Positions 1 through 6,631 of a stretch of 39,458 nucleotides of DNA are shown here, in pieces (within the stretch, counting starts at the first letter, position 1; each line of letters opens with the position of its first letter). Source of the stretch: an uncultured bacterium. GTDB taxonomy: Bacteria; Eisenbacteria; RBG-16-71-46. The stretch is taken from positions 1 through 39,458 of the forward strand of contig CAYNPF010000002.1 of NCBI GenBank assembly GCA_964398895.1, given 5' to 3'. The position numbers and the translations under genes were made by a program. The notes under the pieces are model-generated. The model was not told the origin of the DNA, did no database searches, and saw only the letters and a program-made list of their open reading frames with translations.

Positions 1-31
1 GGGCGCCGCGACTGAGGCTGACGAGTTCCTT

Positions 32-1696
32 ATGTCGTACGCCCACCTGGTGCGCTCCGTCGTGCTATTGCACATGGGGCGCGTCGACGAGGCGGAAGCT
101 GACGCGGCATCAGTCGCGAGGTGGGGACCGCTCGGAGAGGCACGAGCCGCCCTAGTGGCCGCCATCTGTTTGGTGGACATCGAGCTCATCCGCGGGGGTG
201 TGTCAGCTGCCCTAGGCCTCTGCGAGGGTGTCTATGCCAAGGCCACCGCCGTCGCCCCGAAGGGGGACATCGTTGGCGACGTCCATTGTCGCAGAGCTGA
301 ATGCCACTACCTGATGGGGGAGACTGGCAAGGCCTTCGAGGAGGCGACAATCGCCCTTGCGCACTGGCGCGCCTGCGGCGACCGCTACGAGGAAGCGGCA
401 ACGTATCGGATCCTGGCGCTGAGCACGGCGGCGGTGGGGCGACCGGACGAGGCGAAGAAGTGGTTCGACGAGGGCTTCGCCTTCTACGAGGACATCCAGA
501 CGCCGTACGAGTGGGGCAAGCTGTGGATGGCCTACGGCGACTGGCTGCTCGGGCCCAACGCTGGCATCCACGCGGACCGGCGCGGTGCGCTGGAAGCGTA
601 CCTCGCGGCGCAGGATCACTTCGAGCGCATCGGTGCCATGGCGAAGCTGACAGAGGTGAACCGACGGCTGTCGGACCTGGCGCCGGTCCCGGCGACGGGG
701 GCGGGACTGGTGAAGGACGAGCCGCGGCACACGCCCCGACGACCGCGACGCGCCCTCGATCTCGACCGCCGCTCGGCCTGGGCCTGCGAGACCTTCAGCC
801 TGGTCACGCGCAGTCCGAGCATGCTGGCGCTGCTGGACGACGTGGCGACGCTGGCGCGGAGCGACACGCCCATGCTGGTCCTCGGCGAGTCGGGCACCGG
901 CAAGGAGCTGGTGGCCCGGGGCATCCACGCGCTGTCGGGGCGCAAGGGCACGTTCATGGCCATCAACGCCGGCTCGCTGCCGCGGGAGATCATCGAGAGC
1001 GAGCTGTTCGGCCACGTGAGTGGTGCGTTCACCGGGGCGACGCGCGACAAGGCGGGCATCTTCGAGGTGTGCAACCGGGGCACGGTGTTCCTCGACGAGA
1101 TCGCCGAGATGTCCACCGAACTGCAGTCGCGACTCCTGCGCTTCCTCGAGACCGGTGAGTCGCGCCGCGTTGGCGCCAACGGCAACATCGCGGTGGACAC
1201 GCGCATCATCGCCGCGACCAACCGCGACCGGCGCGACCTCGAGCGGGGCAGGGACTTCCGGGTGGACCTCTACTACCGGCTGGCGCACGCGGTGATCACC
1301 CTGCCGCCGCTACGTCAGCGGGGGGACGACGTGCGCCTGTTGGTCGAGCACTTCCTCGACGAGTCCTGCGCGGCCGCCGGCCGGCGGGTGGCGCTGTCCG
1401 CCGAAGCGATGCAGTGCCTCGTGGACTACCCGTGGCCGGGCAACGTGCGCCAGCTCCGCGCGGTGATCAAGCGCGTCGTGCTGCTGGCGAAGGACGGCCG
1501 GCCCATCGCGCCCGAGCAATTGGAGCTGCACAACGCCGAGGTTCCCACGACGCTGAACGGGGAACTGGAGGTCGAGGAGCGCCGCCTGGTGCAGGAGGCG
1601 CTGGCCAAGTCGGGCGGCTCGCGCACGGAGGCCGCCCGAATGCTGGGCGTGCCGCGCACCACGCTGATCAACAAGATCCGGCGCTTCGGGCTGTGA
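32..1696 (+). CDS. Sigma-54-dependent transcriptional activator (bEBP) with a TPR-like N-terminal region, an AAA+ core and a C-terminal Fis-type HTH. It may be 5'-truncated by the window edge.
   Basis: Walker A is VLGESGTGKELVARGIH. ESELFGH and the sigma-54 contact loop GAFTGA are intact. Walker B is VFLDEI, and the C-terminal HTH is AARMLGVPRTTLINKIRRFGL. The N-terminal roughly 230 aa are helical and TPR-like. The reading frame has no stop between position 2 and the ATG at 32, so the protein could begin upstream of the window. Confidence 0.85.
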   Translation: MSYAHLVRSVVLLHMGRVDEAEADAASVARWGPLGEARAALVAAICLVDIELIRGGVSAALGLCEGVYAKATAVAPKGDIVGDVHCRRAECHYLMGETGKAFEEATIALAHWRACGDRYEEAATYRILALSTAAVGRPDEAKKWFDEGFAFYEDIQTPYEWGKLWMAYGDWLLGPNAGIHADRRGALEAYLAAQDHFERIGAMAKLTEVNRRLSDLAPVPATGAGLVKDEPRHTPRRPRRALDLDRRSAWACETFSLVTRSPSMLALLDDVATLARSDTPMLVLGESGTGKELVARGIHALSGRKGTFMAINAGSLPREIIESELFGHVSGAFTGATRDKAGIFEVCNRGTVFLDEIAEMSTELQSRLLRFLETGESRRVGANGNIAVDTRIIAATNRDRRDLERGRDFRVDLYYRLAHAVITLPPLRQRGDDVRLLVEHFLDESCAAAGRRVALSAEAMQCLVDYPWPGNVRQLRAVIKRVVLLAKDGRPIAPEQLELHNAEVPTTLNGELEVEERRLVQEALAKSGGSRTEAARMLGVPRTTLINKIRRFGL

Positions 1697-1757
1697 CGCC
1701 GCCGCGTCCGGGCCGCGTCTCCCGGTGCGTCCGCGCCCGCGCCCGCGCGGTGGTTCT

Positions 1758-1965
1758 GCTAGCCGGGACTATTCATGAGCCCGCGCCTGCGGCCGCGATC
1801 TGACCGCGGTCTGCGGCGGTTCTGCGGCCGGCCGCTCCGGGGTACCCACGCGAAGCGTGGGTCCGGGGCGTTCAACCCCGACTGCGTCGCGGCCGGCCAC
1901 AGAACCTTGCATCCCACGGTCATCCCGCAGCCTCGGCTTGCGGTTCATGAATAGCCCCGGCTAGG
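1758..1965. repeat. Imperfect roughly 208-bp palindromic intergenic element (REP/MITE-like or a structured regulatory region)
   Basis: Outer arms CTAGCCGGGACTATTCATGA (1759-1778) and TCATGAATAGCCCCGGCTAG (1945-1964) are reverse complements with 1 mismatch. Inner arms GTTCTGCGGCCGGCCGC (1819-1835) and GCGGCCGGCCACAGAAC (1889-1905) also differ by 1 mismatch. A near-central perfect hairpin ACCCACGC-GAA-GCGTGGGT lies at 1844-1862. The left 35 nt recur at 25722-25756. Confidence 0.6.
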
Positions 1966-1967
1966 AT
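1938..1967 (+). promoter_or_regulatory. Putative promoter of the patatin gene, probably giving a leaderless transcript
   Basis: TTGCGG (1938-1943), an 18-nt spacer, then TAGGAT (1962-1967), then 7 nt to ATG 1975. There is no Shine-Dalgarno sequence. Confidence 0.4.
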
Positions 1968-1974
1968 CCCGCGC

Positions 1975-4104
1975 ATGAGGTCACTGCCTCCGTCCCGTTG
2001 GCCGGCCACCGCCCTCGCCGCCGGCCTCCTCGCGATCGGGCTCGCCGCCGGCATCGCCGGCGCCGCGCCGCCCGCCGACTCCACCGCCGCCCCCACCCGA
2101 CCGCCGCGCTGGGCGCTGGTGCTCTCGGGCGGCGCCGCCCGCGGACTGGCCGAGATCGGCGCGCTGCGCGTGCTCGACCAGGAGGGCGTGCGTCCCGACC
2201 TGGTGGTGGGCACCAGCATGGGCTCCATCGTCGGCGCGCTCTACGCCAGCGGCCTGTCCGCCGACGAGATCGCCACACGCGTGCACCGCATGGACTGGCA
2301 GGCGCTGTTCGATCTGCGCGCCCGCGTCTCCTACGAGTGGCGCGGCCTGCACACGCCGTCGCCCTGGTTCAAGCTGGTGAGCCGCGGCCGCGGCCTGCGC
2401 CTGCCCTCGGCGCTGCTCGACGACGCCGAGCTGGACCACCAGCTCGTGCTGCAGCTCGCCGACGCCGAGGTGATGGCGCAGGGCGACTTCGACCGCCTGC
2501 CCATCCCGCTGCGCGCCGTCGCCGCCGACGTGGCCACCGCCAGCCCGGTGGTGATCCGCCGCGGCAGTGTGGCCCGCGCGGTGCGCGCCAGCTCCTCGAT
2601 CCCCTTCGCCTTCCCGCCGGTCAAGGCCGGCGACTGCCTACTGGTGGACGGCGGCCTGGCCAGCAACCTGCCGGTGGGCACCGCCCGCACCGAGGGCGTG
2701 GACCACATCCTCGCGGTGGACGTGGCTTACGCCATGCCCGAGCTGAGCGAGCATTCCTCGGCGCTCACGCTGGTGCTGGCACTCTTCGACCGCGTCAACC
2801 GCCGCGGCCAGAGCGACACGCTCACCGTCGCCGACCGGCGCGTCTGGCTGCCGCTGCCCGGCTACACCGCCGCCGACTTCGCGCTCGCGGACAGCCTGAT
2901 CGCCCTCGGCGAGCGCGGCTCGCGCGACGTCATCCGCGCCGCCATCGCCGAGTGGGGCCTGCCGCGGATCCACCCGGGGGCGAGGACGACCGACACGCTC
3001 CCGCCGCTGCGCGTCGCGCCCCGCTGGGTGGACGGGGCCGGCGCCCCCGCCGCCCGCGCCAACCGGGCCCGCCGGCTCTTCGGCCGCACGCCGGCCGGAC
3101 CGCTCACCGCCGCGGCGCTGGCGCCGGGCCTGACGCGGGTCTACCGCGGCGACCTGTTCCAGGACGCCTGGCCCACCTTCCGCACGGTCGGCGACTCCAC
3201 CGAGATGACGGTCGAGGTGCGCGACCAGGACGAGAACATGCTCGGCCTGGCCTTCGCCTACGACTCCGACGACTTCGCCCGCGGCAACCTGACCCTCGTC
3301 GCCCGTCCGCTGCGGCGCGGCCGGCCCGGTTACCTGCGCACCGGGCTGACGCTGCGGCGCTACGGCGGCCAGGTCGAGGGCAGCGTCGAGCCGCACGCGT
3401 TGCGCCGCGGCGCCCACGGCTGGTTCGTGCGCGGCGCGCTGCGGCGCGACGATACCCGGCGATTCCTGGGTGCCCGCGAGCTCGACCGCTTCCGCACCGA
3501 CCGCGCCGAGCTGATGACGGGAGGCCAGCTCGGCCTGCCCAGCGGCGCCGTGGTGCAGGCGGGGGTGGGACTGGTCCACGTGCACACGCCGTCCCGCCGG
3601 GCGACCGGGCCCATCGTCGCGCTGGCCACCGACGCCTCGGGCCGCCTGGCCCGTCGCGTGCGACTCACCGTCGTCGCCGGCGAGCACGACTACGCCACGC
3701 TCGACGCGCGGCTGACCGGTGACCTGCCGCTCGGACCGCTGCACCTGCGCCCCGCGGCCTGGGGGGCCTGGACCTCCACCGCGACGCCGCCGGCCGAGCT
3801 GCCCGCCGCCGGCGGCTCGGAGTCGTTCTTCGGCCTGCGCAACGGCGAGTGGCGGGGACGCAGCCTCGCGGGCGGCGAGCTGCGCCTGACCCGCACCCTG
3901 TACAGCGTGCTCGAGGTCCACGTCGCCGCCCAGGTCGCCCGCGTGCGCCAGCCGTGGAGCCGGACCGACCTCGGCGAGAGCACGCGCTTCGCCGGCGGCG
4001 CGGGGCTGCACGCCAACGTCCCCTTCGGCCCGGTGGAGATCGCCTGGGGCTCGACCGAGGGCGGCGTGCACCGCATCGAGATGACGGTCGGCCAGCGCTT
4101 CTGA
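1975..4104 (+). CDS. Secreted patatin-like phospholipase fused to a C-terminal Omp85/surface-antigen-type beta-barrel (PlpD-like, type Vd architecture)
   Basis: Signal peptide MRSLPPSRWPATALAAGLLAIGLAAGIAGA. Patatin motifs are LSGGAARG (oxyanion hole), GTSMGS (GxSxG nucleophile) and LVDGGL (catalytic Asp). The C-terminal roughly 350 aa are rich in alternating beta-strand patterns and end in VGQRF, the aromatic terminus typical of outer-membrane barrels. Confidence 0.8.
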   Translation: MRSLPPSRWPATALAAGLLAIGLAAGIAGAAPPADSTAAPTRPPRWALVLSGGAARGLAEIGALRVLDQEGVRPDLVVGTSMGSIVGALYASGLSADEIATRVHRMDWQALFDLRARVSYEWRGLHTPSPWFKLVSRGRGLRLPSALLDDAELDHQLVLQLADAEVMAQGDFDRLPIPLRAVAADVATASPVVIRRGSVARAVRASSSIPFAFPPVKAGDCLLVDGGLASNLPVGTARTEGVDHILAVDVAYAMPELSEHSSALTLVLALFDRVNRRGQSDTLTVADRRVWLPLPGYTAADFALADSLIALGERGSRDVIRAAIAEWGLPRIHPGARTTDTLPPLRVAPRWVDGAGAPAARANRARRLFGRTPAGPLTAAALAPGLTRVYRGDLFQDAWPTFRTVGDSTEMTVEVRDQDENMLGLAFAYDSDDFARGNLTLVARPLRRGRPGYLRTGLTLRRYGGQVEGSVEPHALRRGAHGWFVRGALRRDDTRRFLGARELDRFRTDRAELMTGGQLGLPSGAVVQAGVGLVHVHTPSRRATGPIVALATDASGRLARRVRLTVVAGEHDYATLDARLTGDLPLGPLHLRPAAWGAWTSTATPPAELPAAGGSESFFGLRNGEWRGRSLAGGELRLTRTLYSVLEVHVAAQVARVRQPWSRTDLGESTRFAGGAGLHANVPFGPVEIAWGSTEGGVHRIEMTVGQRF

Positions 4105-4231
4105 GCGCCCCGGGCGGCCCCGGCGGGCCCCGGCGAACGTCGCGGCCGGCCGCGAATCGCAGTTGCAGGCCCCGCCCGAGTCCTGTAAACCATGGGCGGT
4201 CGTCTCCACGTCACCTCCACCAAGGAACCCC

Positions 4232-5689
4232 ATGGAACGCATGCGCGTACCCGCCCGGCCGCTCGGCCTCCTCGCCGTCACCGTCCTGATCGCAGCCCTG
4301 CTCGCGGGCTGCTCGTCCAAGTCCACGACGCTGGCCAAGGTCGGCGACCACGCCATCACCGTGGACGAGTTCCTCGACGTCGCCCGCCAGTCCCAGGGGC
4401 AGTACCACGGCTCGCCCGACTCGGCGAAGGCCGCGCTGCTCGACGACCTGGTCAAGCGGCAGCTCCTGGTCGGCGAGGCCCGCAAGCGCGGCCTGATCAG
4501 CACGGACGAGCAGGCCAGCATGCTCCAGCAGGCGAAGGAGCAGCTCGCCATGCGGGCGCTGATCGAGCAGCTCGCCCCGCCCGACGCGCCGGTGAGCGAC
4601 GCCGAGATCCAGGCGCTCTACGCGCGCACCGGGCACGAGGCCCACACCCGGATCGTGTTCAGCACCGAGCCCGGGGTCATCCAGCAGGCCGCGACGCAGC
4701 TCGCCGGAGGAGCCGACTTCGGCGCCACCGCCGACCACTTCAACACCACCGGCATGACGCCGCCCGGCGGCGACCTCGGCTTCGTCGTGCCCGGCACGCT
4801 GCCGGCCACCCTCGACAGCACGATTGACGCGGCGCCGCTCGGCAAGGTGGTGGGGCCGACCGGGAACGCCAGCGAGGGCTGGTTCCTCGTGCAGGTGCTG
4901 GAGCGCCGGCCGCGGCGGCAGCCGCCGCTCGAGCAGGTGCGCGACCAGATCCGCATGAGCCTGCAGCAGGGCAAGTGGCGCACGGCGCTGGGTCGCGTGC
5001 AGCAGGACCTGCTGGCGCAGTACCACGTGCGCACCGAAGCCGGGGCGGCGCAGGCGATCTTCCAGCGCTACAACGCGCCGCGCGACTCCGTGAAGGTCGG
5101 CAACGTGCACATGCCGGTGCCGGCCGCGCCGACGCCGCAGGAGGCGGCCCGCGTGCTGGTGCGCTACGACGGCAAGCCCGGCACCTACACGCTCGGCGAC
5201 GCCGTGCACGACCTGCAGGATCCCGGCCGCCAGCGCCCGGACTTCCAGGTCACCGCGATGATCGAGCAGTGGCTGAAGAGCATGGTCCTGCAGCGCGTGG
5301 CCACGCTCGAGGTCGCCCGCCGCCACCTCACCGAGGAGCCGGCGCTCGAGCGCCAGGCGCGCGGCCGCACCGACAACGCCCTGCTGCGCGCAGCCTACGA
5401 CGCCCTGGTGGTGAACGCGAACCTGGAGCCGGGCGCCGACGACATCCGCGCGGCCTACGTGCGCCACGCCAAGGACCTGCTCGGGCCCGACGGCCAGCCG
5501 ATCGCCTTCGAGAAGCTGAACCCGCAGGTGCTGCAGGCGCTTCAGTTCGAGGCCGCCGAGATGAAGCGGGAGCAGCGGCTGGTCACGGTGACCGACAGCC
5601 TGCGCGCGGTGATCAAGCCGGTGGTCCACGCCGACCGGCTCAAGCGCATCCCCTGGCCGGTGGCGCCGGAGGGAGCCGCGAAGAAGTAG
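4232..5689 (+). CDS. Parvulin-type peptidyl-prolyl isomerase lipoprotein (PrsA/PpiD-like periplasmic chaperone)
   Basis: The lipobox LLAGC|SS follows MERMRVPARPLGLLAVTVLIAA when the start is ATG 4232, which has AAGGA 5 nt upstream. The track start at 4163 adds a non-signal extension. The PpiC rotamase region is GGDLGFVVPGTLPATLDSTIDAAPLGKVVGPTGNASEGWFLVQVLERR. Confidence 0.8.
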   Translation: MERMRVPARPLGLLAVTVLIAALLAGCSSKSTTLAKVGDHAITVDEFLDVARQSQGQYHGSPDSAKAALLDDLVKRQLLVGEARKRGLISTDEQASMLQQAKEQLAMRALIEQLAPPDAPVSDAEIQALYARTGHEAHTRIVFSTEPGVIQQAATQLAGGADFGATADHFNTTGMTPPGGDLGFVVPGTLPATLDSTIDAAPLGKVVGPTGNASEGWFLVQVLERRPRRQPPLEQVRDQIRMSLQQGKWRTALGRVQQDLLAQYHVRTEAGAAQAIFQRYNAPRDSVKVGNVHMPVPAAPTPQEAARVLVRYDGKPGTYTLGDAVHDLQDPGRQRPDFQVTAMIEQWLKSMVLQRVATLEVARRHLTEEPALERQARGRTDNALLRAAYDALVVNANLEPGADDIRAAYVRHAKDLLGPDGQPIAFEKLNPQVLQALQFEAAEMKREQRLVTVTDSLRAVIKPVVHADRLKRIPWPVAPEGAAKK

Positions 5690-5703
5690 CCGCCTCGGGA
5701 CGA

Positions 5704-5745
5704 CGACGGCCGCGCCCGTTCCCCGGACGCGGCCGTCGCGTTTCC
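5704..5745. terminator. Bidirectional hairpin terminator between convergent genes
   Basis: An 11-bp perfect stem CGACGGCCGCG (5704-5714) / CGCGGCCGTCG (5728-5738) is followed by a short T-tract (CGTTTCC). It lies between the PPIase stop (5689) and the LytTR regulator stop (5834). Confidence 0.5.
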
Positions 5746-5833
5746 GGTGCGCCGGTCGGGGCGCCGACTTCGGCCGCGGCGCCGCCGGGAAGTCGGCCCG
5801 GGGCCGGGACGCGGCGCGGTGCCGGCGGCGGCT

Positions 5834-6631
5834 TCAGCGCAGCCGGCGCCGCACCTCGGCCGAGCGCCGTTCGCTGGCCTCGACCCGCGTGCCGTCCTTG
5901 AGCTTCAGCACCAGCACGCCCTCCTCGCCGCCGTAGCTCTCGATCGCGTCCACATTGACGAGCGCGGCGCGGTGCACCCGCACGAACTGGCCCTCGGGCA
6001 GCCGCTGCTCGAGCGCCTGCAGGGTGTAGTCCACCAGGTACTCGTGCCCGTCGCAGCTCGCCAGCACCAGCCGGTCGCGCGAGAAGATGAGCGGCACCTG
6101 CGCCAGGTCGAGCAGGCGCACCTCGCGCCGGTGCCGCACCGGCAGGCGTCGCAGCGGCGGCATGCGCTCGGCCAGCGACGGGGAGTCCAGCGCCTCGCGC
6201 AGCGCCTCGGCGCGGGCCGCCGGGCGGCCGGCGCTGGCCTCGGTCTCGATGCGCCGCACCGTCTCGGTCAGCCGTTCGCGCTTGAGCGGCTTGAGCAGGT
6301 AGTCGAGCGCCGCCACCTCGAAGGCCTCGATGGCGTACTTGTCGTAGGCGGTGACGAACACCACGATCGGCGCCTCGGCGCCGCGCAGGTGGCGGGCCAC
6401 CTCGAGGCCCGAGAGGTCGGGCATGTGGATGTCGAGGAAGGCGACGTCGGGCTTGAGCTCCTCGATGCGCTGCAGCGCCTCGGCTCCGCTGCGGGCCGAG
6501 CCCACGACCTCGATGGTCTCGTGCTCCCCCAGCAGCTTCTCCAGGTACTGGCGCGCCCGCGGCTCGTCGTCGGCGATCAGGGCGCGCAGGGGCTTCGCGG
6601 CCGATCCGCCCCGGCTGGTGCGCGAACTCAT
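5834..6631 (-). CDS. LytR/AlgR-family response regulator (receiver + LytTR DNA-binding domain)
   Basis: Receiver motifs are ALIADDEP, FLDIHMPDLSG and VVFVTAYDKYAIEAFEVAALDYLLKP. The LytTR region is FVRVHRAALVNVDAIE. ATG 6631 overlaps the upstream kinase stop in an ATGA arrangement (6628-6631), so I prefer it to the track start at 6661. Confidence 0.85.
   Translation of the reverse strand: MSSRTSRGGSAAKPLRALIADDEPRARQYLEKLLGEHETIEVVGSARSGAEALQRIEELKPDVAFLDIHMPDLSGLEVARHLRGAEAPIVVFVTAYDKYAIEAFEVAALDYLLKPLKRERLTETVRRIETEASAGRPAARAEALREALDSPSLAERMPPLRRLPVRHRREVRLLDLAQVPLIFSRDRLVLASCDGHEYLVDYTLQALEQRLPEGQFVRVHRAALVNVDAIESYGGEEGVLVLKLKDGTRVEASERRSAEVRRRLR

Noticed and set aside
1844-1882. tRNA-like look of two hairpins, one with a GAA in the loop and one with a GTTCAA loop
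   Set aside because: There is no acceptor stem partner (no ACGCAGT upstream) and no D-arm. Position 33 of the would-be anticodon loop is not U. The variable region would be only 2 nt, and the T-loop register is off. This is part of the palindromic element, not a tRNA.
1895-1911. Candidate sigma-54 promoters: GGCCAC...TTGCAT here, GAGCGC...TTGCA at 8935-8950, CGAAT...TTGCA at 4152-4167 and TGGCACCGCCCGGCC at 32964-32978
   Set aside because: The GG-to-GC spacing is wrong by 1-2 nt, or the -24 or -12 element is missing. Spacing in sigma-54 promoters is essentially invariant.
4159-4169. Exact 11-mer GCAGTTGCAGG shared upstream of both parvulin genes (4159-4169 and 8942-8952). Likewise CCACGCGAAGC is shared between 1846-1856 and about 18729-18739.
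   Set aside because: By rough estimate, a few exact 11-mer coincidences are expected among about 2.5 kb of GC-rich intergenic sequence. The distances to the starts differ (73 versus 276 nt), and no palindromic partner half-site is present.
2638-4551. A 637-aa minus-strand ORF opposite the patatin gene. Similar shadow ORFs occur at 212..1288, 6874..8901, 9062..10252, 15717..17231, 17707..19551, 26959..28878, 29989..31299, 30843..32252, 32812..34452 and 34268..36568.
   Set aside because: All overlap motif-supported genes on the other strand or in another frame, and all have junk-like composition. I treat them as GC-driven artefacts.
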